A stretch of 64,000 bases of DNA, from contig JAANOX010000207.1 of the NCBI GenBank assembly GCA_020184695.1, forward strand, positions 186,001 to 250,000, in the 5' to 3' direction. Numbering within the stretch: position 1 is the first letter of the stretch; each line of letters opens with the position of its first letter. This document shows, piece after piece, positions 48,246 to 62,770 of this stretch. The position numbers and the translations under genes were made by a program. Origin of the DNA: Histomonas meleagridis 2922-C6/04-290x. Lineage: Eukaryota > Protista > Parabasalia. Below the pieces are notes generated by a model, which saw only the letters and a list, made by a program, of their open reading frames with translations, did no database searches and had not been told where the DNA came from.

Positions 48246-48616
48246 CATACGTGCTTGCCATATTATTATAATTTCAGGTGGCAATGAATGAGTTTAAATC
48301 CGTTTATGATATTTAGATATTATTTAATGCTTATGTGTGACGAGGGTTTATTAAAATAATCATCAATAATTTTTTTTCCTAAAAACACATGACGATATTT
48401 ATCTTTACCACTTCCATATCTCCAATAATAGAATAATATTCAATGAATAGCTTCAATTCACACAACTAAATGAATAACTTGGATTCAATTTCTCTCGCTT
48501 TTATATAATCTCTTGATTAGTAAGTACACTTACGATTTGTTTTTTTGCATTCTAAAAAAACTTTTAATTGTTTTTACAAACAATTTCATCAATTAATTTT
48601 ACACACACATGACGGT

Positions 48617-49405
48617 TTATTTATTTATTCCACCCATTTTCTTCCTTGCTTCTAACTCCTTTGCGAGGGAATTAGCCAACTCTTCCTTGCTCGAGCTGAT
48701 CTTTATTTTGATTGCTTTCTTCTCCGCATCGAGACACAGAGTGCACAGTACGTCATCGCCTTCTCTTGTCTGCGAGAGCAATCGCTTTTCTTACTCGCTG
48801 TTAATGATTGTCGCTTGGAAAATATTCGCAAATTTCTGTAACACATTTCTCGCTTCCATACTTACATTGTATGTGACTTCTGACGAGAATGTGCATTTTT
48901 CAATAAATGTATCAAGTGACGATTCATCAGATGGAACAAGGAAATAAGATGGGAAAACAACTATGCGGGTTTCAAGTGAGTCAACACCGCCTCCATTTGG
49001 AACAATTATCAATTTGGCCGCTTGAGCTAAATAAGGATTATCAACACTGATAACAAAACTATGCATAATGGATGAGCTTTGGCCGATTCCAATAGTTAAC
49101 GGAGATATATCTACCGATTTGATATGAGATGTTTCAATAAGTGTAAAACCAATTGAAGGTATAACAGAACTTGATTCGTTGTTGATTTGAATCGTAAACT
49201 CAAGTTGGCCGTGCTTATCTAAGGGAACAATCTTAGATATGCTAATAATAATTGATTGATTACGAGCAAGAATCTTATGTCTAGAATTTGGTGAAGGCCC
49301 TGTAATTGGCATATCAATGTCTTTTGGTTCAGCATTATTGTCATTTCTATTATGATGTCTTCTTTCTTTTCTTTTGATCCATTTAGTTCTTCTGTTTCCT
49401 CCCAC
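48617..49405 (-). pseudogene. Fragment resembling the hinge and appendage (ear) of an adaptin large subunit; in-frame TAA at 48791-48793
   Basis: Basic hinge-like stretch, beta-sandwich/platform-like pattern; reading continues in frame past the TAA to 48617. Family assignment is by pattern only. Confidence 0.35.
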
Positions 49406-49744
49406 CTCATTAAACTTTTTCTGAGATTAACTTGAGAACGATAAGCCCAGGAAAAAAACGGTTATCCCACATTGTACGTATTTTTCTCTAAATAATTGTT
49501 GGGGGAGATGATAAGCCCATTTCCCCAAGATTTGAATGCATTTTGTTCGTCATAGCATTCAATTTTGACAGAAAACCGTCTCGGGAGACGATAAGCCCAT
49601 CCCACCCTACGATATGGGATAATTGAATGGTATTGAAAAAATTATTATTTTTATTAAGCTTATAGAAAAAATCTAGAAGAGAGCTCACCTTAATCATAAA
49701 TAAATTTTGGATCAAATCAAACTTTATTTAATCAAATATCGACG

Positions 49745-50030
49745 GAACTAAGAACGGATGTTTCATGGCATTTTTTGCCTTTAATCTTGATTGGTGATGG
49801 TAGCAAATACATTTATCGATCAAATCTAAACCGATTCCTTTTCATTCTCTCTAATATGAAATCTGTCCACTCTTTTCCTGACTTGTTCTTTAACTTATTT
49901 TTGGCGAGTTCAATACATGGGGTTATAATTTTTCATGTAGGTTTCATATTTTTGGCTTCCAAGGACTTCAGCAATAACCTCTATGATTTCCATGCCAGCA
50001 TCTCCATCACTTATTCTTCTTACAGACGAT
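49745..50030 (-). pseudogene. CMGC/CK2-alpha-like kinase C-terminal fragment
   Basis: EIIEVIAEVLGSQKYETY and, after a frameshift, DLIDKCICYHHQSRLKAKNAMKHPF (subdomain XI). Confidence 0.6.
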
Positions 50031-50280
50031 GATGAAAAAAATGAAAAGAAGAGTGAGATTTTTTTTTTTAAACATTTGAGTTAGTTTTTGTTAAATCCCA
50101 TCTACCAGCGGTTATGATGCAATTCCTAATACAAACGATAGAATTTTGAATATAACGATAGGACTTTTCAGAATAAAACGATTAAAAATCGATTTTTTTT
50201 AATTTCAAAGTTCTATCGTTTGTCAAGCGATTTTTGACACTAACCGTAAACTTTTGGGCTACCCTTAAACGATTTTATTT

Positions 50281-50323
50281 TTTGGGCAAAATTTTTGGCC
50301 CCGGGCCAAAAATTTTGCCCAAA
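50281..50323. repeat. 43-bp palindrome with perfect 21-bp arms
   Basis: TTTGGGCAAAATTTTTGGCCC-C-GGGCCAAAAATTTTGCCCAAA. Confidence 0.95.
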
Positions 50324-52079
50324 TTCACATGATTATCTATAATGTTTGATAATACATAATATAGTTATGGTATAAGTAATAATGATGAGGAAATAACAAC
50401 AGAATACTATTTTACAAAACAAATGATTATTGAAAACGAAGATATACACGAATTTTAAATGAGATCGTTACCTGGCGGTGGAGTCGGTGAATTCACATAT
50501 AAAGAAAAATTCGTTGATAGTATATTTGAGATAATAGATACATTTATTACAGCTGCTGATGCAGCTTATTCTATAAGCCAAATTGTAGATCAAATAAAGA
50601 ATTATGGTTAAGCAGGATTTCTATATAATAGTTCCGGGATTAATTTGAAAAGTTAACTTTTCATTAATTAATCATACTCATGATCAATATCTGACAAATG
50701 ATAATTTAACTGATATAAAATAAGCTTTAACAAGAATATTCATATAATGAATTTGGTGAATGAAACAAGATTGATTAGAATTTAATTGTGGGTAATGATA
50801 TTTCATGTAGAATTATGTCAGCAAGTCGTGATATCAATGTTGAATGTAAAAACTATGTGCTAATAAATTGGAATTTGTACCGCAAAACATCACGCAGAAA
50901 AAATTTTTCGACATATTCTGATTATTATGTCGAAGTTAATTGTTCATCAAAATTTAAAATTAATAATGATACAGTTTCTAAATGATCTATTAATATTGAA
51001 TGATGAGACATCATTAACTGTAAAAATAAATAATATGATAGTTGGAGAAGTGACGACATTATTGCTGTGTTTCGAGAGTAAGCGCTCAAGGCATTTTATG
51101 CCGTTTCGTGATTAAGAATTTCTAACGCATTATCTGAAATATATTGTAACATTTCATCTGTAAATCTTTCTGTTAATTGTTGTTGAACTGCACGCTTGAT
51201 TTTTTCATCCATGTTATCATCTGATAACACAATAAATTTATTTCATCATTTTTTAATCGTAAAAATATGAAATTATTATGATATTAACTTAATTTTTTGA
51301 TATCTTTATTTTCCTCCGTTTTGCCATCAATTTTATTATTATAAATTATTAAACTATAATTATGCTTTGAATGAAGCCGTTTAATGGAATTTAGTTCGAA
51401 TATATTAGATATAGAATGTGATGTTTTTTTAAAAAAAAACCGATATAGATATATTTCTCTCATGATCATATTTTCCATAATAACCTGTTATTAATTGAAT
51501 TTAGTCATATTTAAGTCGATTAATCTTAAAATAAATAAAGTAAATCCGAAATGATGTTGTAAAGGTATTTTCGTAATGTATTCCTATTATGTAGAAAAGT
51601 TTTTTACGTAATTAGGATTCATTTCTCAATCGTAAAAATATAAAATTATTTTAAAATTATGTGTTATTATTTGCTCCTTTAATTTTTGATCATTTTCGAA
51701 TAATCCTGCATCCGACACATGTGTCAAATATAATGAGGGTTACTGGACCTTCTGACATTTTTCGGCTTAGCTTTGACATCACCAAAAATAATGAATATTA
51801 ATAATGTTTCATAATCATTCCACAGTTATTGGTCAACAACGTTTGAGTCAAGATATTGTCTCTCAAGTTGTTCATTAAATTCGACATTACTTACATAATT
51901 AATTCTGCGAATTGATGTTTCGACATCAAAACCTTTAACATTAATTTGGTTCTTAATGTAGTGCAAAAGTGATTCCATATATCTCTGTATTACTGATTTA
52001 ATGGGCTTACACAACTCGTCAAAATATTCGTTCCCGCGATATTTGTTATTTGCTTCATAATATCTATTATTCTTTAATC

Positions 52080-52320
52080 ACCTTTTTCTTTTTGAACAGG
52101 ATTCGGATTATTTGTGCTCATAATATATAATTCGCCCAAAAATCTATTTCAATTTGAGCAACTTCTTTTGTCTCTTGAACAGTTTTATTACGTATTAATT
52201 TACGTTTCATCTTATTAATATATTTGAATTTTTCGATTGCTTCTGGCGGTTCATTAATGTTGATCACTAAATGACGACCAATCATAGCATTTTCAATTGG
52301 TTGAATGATTTTTCTTTCGG
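52080..52320 (-). mobile_element. D5-like (SF3) helicase remnant
   Basis: IENAMIGRHLVI.NE (Walker B-like) and, after a frameshift, MSTNNPNPV (sensor-1-like). Confidence 0.5.
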
Positions 52321-53546
52321 AATGAATTTATTGGGTATCTCAAAACTAATGTCATATTTGGATTTGTTATTTATATTTTTTTCTTCATTATGAGATTTTA
52401 ATTACATATTAACGGCATCTTCGACGTATGAAGTAATTATGAATCCAACAAAGCTTATCACTATTTTTATAAAAAATGGAAATAATTTTTTATTTATGTA
52501 TTATCTATTTTCTTTAATTATTTAAAAATGATAAAAAATAGATAGTCAAAACTCATTTCAATATATGATTCAAACACACATGGAAACACATTAAAACATA
52601 TCAAAAATGATAAAAATTGATGATAAAAATAGTGTTTTCCATCATTTTTTTAATGATCACAACAAAGCTAAGCAAACCTACAGTAGGTTTAGCTATTTTC
52701 ATTTTATCTGTTATTTGTGTCGGATGCAGAATCGAGCGCATTTCCGCTCCGAATATTTTTCTTCCGACATCTCACCATCTATGACAATAATAATGAGCTC
52801 ATTTGAATTAAACCTTCGTCGCGAAACCACCTATCGACATTAATGTTTCTCTTTTTCCCGATAATATTTTTTGCTATAAATATCGATTGCCAAACCCAGA
52901 TGTATGAATATATATTATCAGGAATTTTAATCCATTATTTATAATATATTATAAATTTCTTTTTTGACGGCGAATAGAAATAATTATCAAACCCGATCCT
53001 TTTATATATTATCACTTCAATAAAATTTTTTGGCAGTTCATCAACATACTCATAAACTATTTCTTTATTTGATGATTTGTTAGAATTATTCTCAGCGTAA
53101 ATTATCAACTCTGTCATCACTTTTGATTTTATTAATATGATCTATTTGTGTTTTTGTCTCAGGATCGTCGTTTTCTATGAATTGAAAAGCAATTGCTTAT
53201 AATTCTACACTTTGTTTATATTAATATCTCCAATTCAAACGACGATGAACATATCCTTTTTTTGTGTTATCGATTTATTTTTTTTTAATCTTTTTATTAC
53301 TTTTACGGAGAATTTGATATGTAAATTCTGTGTAAATTTCATTATCATCATAGACTACACAATCAACATAACCAATCTTTCTTTAGTCAAATTGAAAAAA
53401 TAAATCATTTCAAAATTAACGTTATTTTTCGATTCTTCGAAAATGATCAAAAATATAAAGTCATAATGATCGGGTAAAATTTTACCAGCATATGATCTCA
53501 CAAATGATATCACTCATGCTTCTATTAATGCTTTAATTGGATCATT

Positions 53547-54750
53547 CTATGTTTGACAATATTGTTTATGTTTTGACGTCAGATGGTAATAGTATGTTCC
53601 GTCAGCATGCCTTTCGATCCGATTTTCCGCTGATTTAAAATATACTTCTGTAAATTCATGTTCGACCTTAAATTTACCGAGTTTATCTCCAATAAAGCTT
53701 TTGTCTTTCAATAATGCGAAGTCTTCTTCCGACACTAATGCGGAATCGATTTTCGAATAATAAATATGTGCAGTTTTCTTGGAATTATTCATTTTGTCAT
53801 TAAAGTTATTTGCCACACTTCTCGCTAATTGTGGATAATAATAATGTCTAACATAACTGTTAACAGTATCAACAAAATCACTGCGTGGCTGAGAACATTG
53901 TTCGAAACTGCATTACTCATTATTATAAGTGTACTCCGATACATACGACGCAAATGTTTCGATATAATTATTTACATCATTCGTACGCTTATGTTATATA
54001 TTACTCCTCTTCTTTATTGAAAATCACCAAGAGCTATTCATCATATATTTAATCGTTGTCGCCAGTTTGTCATTACCTTTTTGTTTCGCTTCCATTCTCT
54101 TCTAATATCATAATTCGATATACTCTTTTTTCATTTTTGTATTATCTCCGCTAAAGTTTCCATGATCATGGGGATATCTGTTGGAATGCTTGTTACGCTT
54201 GACATATAAGCTCCATTAATATCAATATAATATAATTTGCGCAGCGGAGCAGTTTTGTCTGCGACCTGCTTTAGATGTATTTGCTCCAAATCGTTCGAGG
54301 AAATACTAATTCACTTCGAATATTTCCTGCAGTATTTCCTTACAATTCATAAACATAATCAAAACATCCGTACTCATACATAATCTTTTGCATTAAGTCA
54401 TCAAATTTATAATATCTGGCAACATTAATTTCAACACCTAACGAATCAACCAAATCCTGCACTTCTTGCAAACGTTCATGCACTTCATTCTCTTCAAAAG
54501 TATATTGATGAAAAAATTCTGACGAATCAGATTTACTCTTTTCACAAACTACGGCAACTTTTTTTTTATATGGATAAACAATCTTTCGAAAACTCTTATA
54601 TTTTTGATTCTTTCGCTCCTGACTTTAACATAACTTATTGAATGTCTCTCGATCCATTGGAACCGATAATTTTCTTTCCTTTATAATCTATTGCATTAGT
54701 TTTCTGATGCTTAAGCCTTTCTTAGTAAATCTCCGATCCTTGAGTATTCG
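53547..54750 (-). mobile_element. Second family B DNA polymerase remnant (motifs A, B, C)
   Basis: YGCFDYVYEL*GN..GNIRSELVFPRT; YYIDINGAYMSS (motif A, ~54220); TTIKYMMNSSW* (motif B, ~54040); IYYSKIDS...IGDKLGKFKVE (motif C); collinear with 43128-43556. Confidence 0.85.
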
Positions 54751-55099
54751 GCGAATGAATACCTTTTATCATCAGATTTTGGAACATTAATTTTATTTGG
54801 TGGTTCTTAGATCTTGGATCCTCATTTATTCTTTCATAATTCCTTGAATGAAATTCAGTAACATTAACAGTATCATATAGCATAGTGATCATCAATAATG
54901 ATTTTAACATATTCATCATATCTTTCTCATGAATTACTTTTTCAGAATTTGTGAGAGCTTATCATCTTTTTTTCTTTACGTATCATAAATTTGTTGTTGA
55001 CGGTGATCATTTTGATATCCTATATTATAAATAGCATCGAGATTGATATTTTGTGATGTTTGTAATAAAGCTATTGATAGTAATGGATTCATATTTGCC

Positions 55100-55900
55100 A
55101 ACATTTGTGATCTCGCTGATCCTGAAGAATTATTGAAGCTATTCTCCAAGTATATGTTCCAGGTGCTTATGTAGAATTATTATGATTTGCAAAATCTTCA
55201 AACCTCCCTGTTCTCAAAACAGCACTCTGATATGTCACATTATCATTTGGTTCATGTGTGTTAAATGATGGTGTAAAAGTATTAGGTTTATCGATAATGT
55301 GAATATAACTATGAGTATGGCCATTTACTGAGAAAAAACTTACATTAATATAGTTAATAGAATTACAATTTATATTACCATAATTTCCATTAAAACTGAT
55401 ATTATTATCATTATAATTAAGTTCACCAAAATATAATGTATTACCAGGAGATCTAATTCTCCAACTATAATCACTATTTAGATCATTACTATCGTGATAC
55501 AATTCCATTACACCATTATTTTTGATAGTGGCTATACGAGGCCATGGCCAACGTCATTATCCATTTCACAATCATTAATTTTTACGTTGATACTTGTTTA
55601 AGATACAAAACTTGCGATGGGAATTATGTAAGTATATATGAAAACGGTAATATAAGGTGTAATCACATTAATGGAATTGATACTAATGATATTTCATTAA
55701 CAAGTCATAATCATGATTTATAAATATTTAATATTGAATCTTAAACAAGTATCAATATTATCATCACAACCTACATTAGTTTCTATTACACTACAATCAT
55801 CACCATGGGGTAATACGCTAATTTCCATTCTGATAGAATGACCTGCCACAGCATCTGATTTATAAATAAATAATCCGCTATAAATATCATTACCCATCAT
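55100..55900 (-). pseudogene. Fibre-like gene with an internal inverted segment (55605-55737)
   Basis: PRIATIKNNGVME...SDYSWRI...HEPND.V.YQ.AVLRTGRF.DF is paralogous to the 63440 ORF; the middle part reads on the + strand. Confidence 0.8.
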
Positions 55901-58900
55901 TAAATCTTTATCGATCTTAGTTCATTGACCAAATTCATTCTATGATATTCCTGTCATAGCTTTATTTATATTGAATATGGTTTCCAGGCATGTCAAAAAA
56001 AGATTTTAATAAATTATTGAAAGAGAGTCATGCTAGCTGTTTTGATGTTGATCAGATGTGGAATGAATATTATAAAATCAAAGATCAACACACTAGATTC
56101 AATATATGGATAAAAACGAGAAGAATTACCTTAACTTTACCGCACTGAAAACAAAGTGCAACCGATAATATTGGATCGAGCCTCTGCGAGACAAACAAGA
56201 TTTGCCTGATAGTATTGGAAAAAAATATAATACTTTCATATATATATTCATATTCTATCTTAATATTAATATGAAATCATACGAGGAATATATCAAATTT
56301 GAATATGAAGGCAAATATAAGGTTGTTAATTTCAGATATTCTCATTATATATCAACAAAAATAGATATAAAGGCTCCTATGAAAAAACAATATATTATTA
56401 TCGTTGAGTATTACGATGATAAACTCAATAAACTTACTAATATCTAATTATTTGAAGTTGATAATGAGTTTATGAATGCTGAGAATGATATAATTAAATT
56501 CATCGAAAATAAATCAACATGTAAATGTAATAAAAGCAAATTCAAAATAAATGATCTAAATGAGTGTTTTGATATTCTAAATACAAATAACACTAGAAAT
56601 CTCGATAAAAATCCAAACGAAAAAATAAATGATAAAGATATGCGCGTGAAATTTGATATCTAAATATGGCTTATATATATGAAATTAATAACGAATTAAT
56701 CTGGGACAGATTCTTTTTATTAAAATAAACTCATTCAGAAATAATGATAGTAGTTTAATCATTAACATAATTGTTTTATTTGTTATAATTCCCGCTCACG
56801 ATTATCACTTTCTACTCAATTTGGGATCTGGGATCAGATGTCGTCAGAGACTTTATGTATATTCGAGATTTAGTGTAAATTTATAGTGTCTTTGTTTCAT
56901 TACGAAATCCCAAGAACACATATGATAAAATGTCGGAGTTCTCTTTCTCTATATCTACTTGTGTATAATTTAACGTGTCTATACATTATTTCGAGTTGAA
57001 AGTAGTAAGTAGACTTCCGACATTTTGCTCATCAATATCTCTGATATTATGGGATAAATCATCGTATATATAAAAACTCGATATTTCACTTTCTATATCG
57101 GAGAAAGTAGGAAATATGGGCTTTTATACCTCACATAAATAATGATATGACATGTAATTCATACAAAATCACCAGTATTTTATATCAAACACAACTACAC
57201 GGTGAAAATAATCATAATGTATGAAAAACAAAAATATAATTAAATATAAAAATAAGAATAGCCATGATCGCAAAGAAATAATTATTGATGAAAGCAATTG
57301 ATATGGCTGCTACTAACTCTGTTTTTAAATAAGAATAAAAATAATATAAGTAATATGATAAAATGGTGTAAGATAACTAATTCTACTAATTGGAAACCTA
57401 TAGAGATAAGCTACGAGAATGTTAATAACTATAATTTCTATCGTTTCTTAGAATGTCATAAAGATCTAAAGTTTGTTCATCGGTAATTATACTGATAATA
57501 TTGATATTAATAAAAATATGACGTTTAAATATATTGAAAACGCTGAAAAAATTATATTTTTTAATGTTGTATTTAATACAACAGCTACATCTGTTGAAGA
57601 TTCGATGGATATTATGATAAGATAGATAATCCACAAAAATATATTTTTAATTTTATTTGTGATGAATATATATATCGAATCTATAAAGAAAGAATGTTAA
57701 GACATGTATTATTATCAGGTAAGATATTTTATGAAAATGACACGAATAATAAAAAAATGAATGGTAATATATTATTGAATAGTTCAACTTCAGAGAATCA
57801 AATAGTGCAAATAAATGGAGATGAACATATTATTACGAAAGATATATGGTTAACTGTATTTTCAGAAATTGAAACCTATGAAAAATAAAGATCATATAAT
57901 AATATAATCATTGAAGGAGATCCAGAATTTCTGAATAAAATGATGAAATTGATAAATATACAGCATATCAATATCCATTTTTATTCATAATCGAGTATTT
58001 TAATGATTTCACCATTACATTTATCATATATAGTATTCTTAAATTCGGGTTTATGATTTTTTTTTTCACAACAATCCATCATGCTAAGGTAATATATATT
58101 TAACATAAACATTTTTGAAAATAATTGAATTTTTCTCTGCTTATTTTGAACATCTAAATATATAATCTTTTTTTGAATCAACATTATTAAACATGTTTCT
58201 GGCATTACATTCTATAGCAAAATGATGACTATTCTTATGAATTTTTAGATTTTCTCATTCTTTCTAACAAAATATTAGTATATTTTTAATAATGAAATTA
58301 TTGTTTTCATTCGTCAATTGGAGTATTTAATATTTCACAATGTTATAAAAATATATCAATAATAACCTACACAATCATAGTTTTTATCAGTTATAATGTG
58401 CATACTAACATTATTATCGATTAATAACATAAATTTAATTAATTTTTCATTTTTAATGATCAGGTTTTTCATCAGTAGTTTATTTTACGAGATGATATTT
58501 ATTCATAAATCGTTTTAGAGTATAATTAATATTATTAGCAAATTTACTATTTAAAGGATATACTACAACAAAGAATATCTGTAATGAGAAGATCGATGAT
58601 AAAATGAAAATCGAAAAGATACCTATAAATTTATAATTAGTCAAATATATCGACAACACCAAGAAAATTTATTTAAATGAAATAAAAATATCTCATTACA
58701 TCCAGGAAGTTTCAAATTCTGATGATTTCACTAAAGCCAATGAATAAAAAGCTAAAGTTTAACATTAGTAGGTAATTGCTAGATATGAAAATGAATTATT
58801 AGAAAAACAGAACGAAGCTAAATAACAGTATGAGCAAGAAAAAATAAAAAAAATGATTATGTTAACACCCGAAAAATATAAACCTTCTGATGAAAAAAAT

Positions 58901-61900
58901 ATAAATAATATAACAGCGAGTTATGAGAAAATATTGGCAAAAAAATATTCACAACAACCAGGTTTCAGAGCATAAGTCAGATTTGATAAAATTCGTGAAA
59001 TGGCAATTCAACAAGAAAGAGATACAGTTGATACATAAATTGAGTTAAAAAAATTACAAGCACTTTAAATTACTATTGGTCCAAAATCTGAAATTAGGAT
59101 AACTTATAAATAATATATCGTAAAGCATGTCAAGAAAATCTAAAATTTAATGATTCGATAAGTTCTGTATTATTATCATAAAATTTAACGCCAACAAGAA
59201 TATTATTATGAAGTATATATTTGTTTGTTGGTAAATCTATTATCACTGTTGTATTTTGATTATATTTAAACACTAAAACGGCGTAATCAATTTTATATTC
59301 TGATCCTGAATAATTGTGGAATAATTTCATTTATCAAAGGTTAAAATCAGATAAAAAGATAACAACAATATAATTACCGATCATAGAAAATATTTATTTC
59401 TACATCAATGATTGCGTAATATATAAATATGTCATTGCTGTACGTTCTGATATGTTTAAAAGAGCGAAACGTGTCGGATTTAATATACCATATGAAAAAC
59501 ATGACAACATTAATGTTAAGATTCACGAGTCAATACCAAATACTGCAAAAGGTAGATTTCTTTCTTTATTGAATTCAGGCAATTGCGAAATTACGATTGC
59601 TGGAAGATAGGATTCGCCAAATATATTTCATTAGAAAGTACCATTTATTTTGACTATAGATATGAACCCTTAACGAAAGGAGTAAATTTACAATATGAGC
59701 GTTTTTCGGATGATTTGACGCGAATATTGCATGTTTGCTGAAGTTACTGAAAGGCTAACTTATTTGTATTTTCAATCCATGATTTTTAATAAATATTATC
59801 CCCAAAAATAATACATTAAACGATTAAATAATATTTATATCTTGCTCCTCCGACAATCATCTGCTAGATTGATGCATTAATAACTTCAATTTGACTCCTA
59901 CCGTCAGATTTCATTGCTCTAACTTTCGATAATGCATCTTCAAAGTATATACCTGTTGGTGCGATGTAATCAACATTCTTCATAGCTGTATTAGCTGATC
60001 TATTTACAAATAATTTGTACTCGTACGGTATCTGTACTTGATATTTCGCTTATAAAATCTTCGCTGTCTGCGAACAATAATTTTATGAAAAAATTAGAAT
60101 TATCCTTACCATGCCATGCTCTTGTTTGAGTATTAACATCAGAAGCATTATATGTATTCTTATAAGAATACGGGTAAACAGAAGTTTTTATATCTCTTGC
60201 TAAAGAACTCAAAAGGCTATATTTGAGATTTACAGCATCAGAAAGCTTACCGCTCCAGTTTGAATAATATCGCATATTCAATAACATCAAGAAATTACTT
60301 ATTGGAATTTTTAAAGTAATCTTAACAATGACTTTTTCTGCTGAGGTAATAGCGCTATAAATCGGAACGATTTTTTTCTTGTGTTAAATCTTTTGCCGCT
60401 TTCTTTGTTATCTTAAGATAAGAAGTCAACATCTTGTGTTTTTTTTTATCAACAGATGATTTAGCGATAACTACTAAAATATCGAATTCAATAGTTGGTA
60501 AAATGACAGGTGACATAGATGAACATGCATTAGATATATTTGAAAAATAAAAATAATTTATTTCATTTTCATTTTCCAAAATTGAAGAACGTAAACCAAA
60601 AAAAGAACCTAACATCAATAAATCATCAATAGATGAAGTACGACGATTAGCTCTACTTGATGATGAAGTACCTGTAAAATATCCATCTTTTTACGAATTT
60701 TTAATGCAAAATTCGAAAGTGATTTTTCGTATTCTTAAATTTGATTTATCATTAAAAAATATTTAAAATTAATAAATGAGGCAACAAAACTTGTTAGATA
60801 TGGTATTCCAATATCACCAACATAAGACTATGTCAGAATATCATCAAATCATTATAGATAGATTTATAATAAATTTTTTAAGAAAGAACCAAATTAATAC
60901 ATGATCAGATTCAAATGAATTCAAGAATTAATTAATGATATTATTATAAAATATAATATAGATTGGTACCCTCCAACCAATGGGAAAATTTGAATACCTT
61001 GCTTTCAAAAAGTGGAAATGTCTTTCAATCATGCGTGATTTTTTGAATAGCATTGAAAAAATCTCATTCAAAATATTTTTGTGAGAAAATATCCTTTTTT
61101 ATATTTGATTTCTATGTTTTACATTTCTTGACATGAAAATTTCTGAAAATTTATAAAATGTCAATGCTGAATTATTATTGATTGAGCTCATTATCAAAAT
61201 TCACTAATGCAATATAGAAAGCTAAAATGAGAAAGATGACAAATGTGGATTCTACTGAATAATATTATTATAATATGTGCTTAGTTGCTTAGATTTCATA
61301 ATTGCACGATGCATTGTTATAGATTAAACACTAAACTTTTAATTATATTTAAAAATTAATAACACAAAAATGAGTAGTGAATTCATTTGTCGATTCTTCC
61401 CAGTGTAAAACATAAGAATCACGATATTTTATCAAAAAAAAGATTCATCTGAGTTTATTAGATTTCATTATCAAATAAATTCAACAAAATATTTTTTACA
61501 ATACAAAACAAATAATGAAAGCTAATGCTATTATTGAAAAGATTCATTATACGAAGTATTTTGAAAAATATGAGAATTATCAAAAAACATCATTGATGAA
61601 ATTATCAGTAATAAGTATGTATAGGAGTTAACAAGCATCCGATTGCTAATTCAGCTGAATTCCTTCTTCTTCTCCTGATGCAAGTGAAATGTGTTTATCT
61701 CTAATAATGCCATTTTCTTTGTTATAATTTCTATACGTGAAGAAAATGTCATTGATTGTTTGGAATCAGTTTCATCACATAATCAGATTTTAATATAACT
61801 TTCTGTAAAAATCTCATCCTGAATTCTATATATAATATACCAAAAATTATGCATATCGGAATTTAATGTTAATATTTTCGGATATACCTAATGATAGGAT

Positions 61901-62544
61901 TCAAATTATTTAAAAATCTTTCATGAATTGATTAATTCGACTTAACTCTAATCGAATTAAATACATACTCCATTTTTCCTTAATTTCCAACCATCACAAA
62001 ATAATCTAAAAATGTTTAACGATAGTTTCGTATCATCGATTATTATGTGTTTAACTAATTCGATTAAAAATCATCAAAATGAAGCTAATATTATCATAGA
62101 GTTACCTTTATTCATTGTATCGATAATTCCTTATATGTGTGATTCAATATGTTTGAAATTTGCTGATTCATTAATTTTCAAATAAAATTTTCAATGATAA
62201 TAAATCAAATTCTTTAAATTTTTCAAATGCGATGAATCATTCGAACTGTATCTTTCACAACATAGAAAAATTTGTATAAAAAAAATATAATTTTATGCTC
62301 ATTATAAATGAAAATGTAAAGGATCGAGAATAATTATAAAAAAAAAAAAACTAAAAATCTTAAATATATTATTTTCACATATTTTTTATTAAACTTTGGA
62401 ATTCAAATTACAATTTTTCCTATCAAGCATTCGAACTATATCTAATTATGTATGATGACTAACAAAGTACTGTATCAAATATTACATATAATTTCCGAAA
62501 TATATTTTTTATACAGATATGAAAATATTAGAATGAGAAAAATT

Positions 62545-62770
62545 CGAACCATTGATATCAATCCCTTCTTGTTTAACAATTATACGAACTTTTTGTCTGT
62601 ATAACCATTTTAAGATGCTGATATAAGTGCTGTACTATATATAGACAAATAATTTTCGAATATTATAATGAAATATTATAATATTAAAACAAGACTTAAA
62701 TTGAACAAATAAATGCTTTAGTATTAATATCAATTCCTCTATGTTCAGGTAGTAATTTAACTATAATTCC
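62545..62770 (-). pseudogene. Decayed split-ankyrin unit with an 80-nt spacer (62634-62713)
   Basis: IVKLLPEHRGIDINTKA, spacer, TALISAS*NGYT. Confidence 0.75.

Noticed and set aside
58000-58205. Possible family A (TVpol-like) motif YILPxHDGL
   Set aside because: Single interrupted motif without the other PolA motifs.
61600-62200. Possible hAT transposase remnant (LFCDGWK-like word, minus strand)
   Set aside because: Too degraded; one short motif is not enough support.
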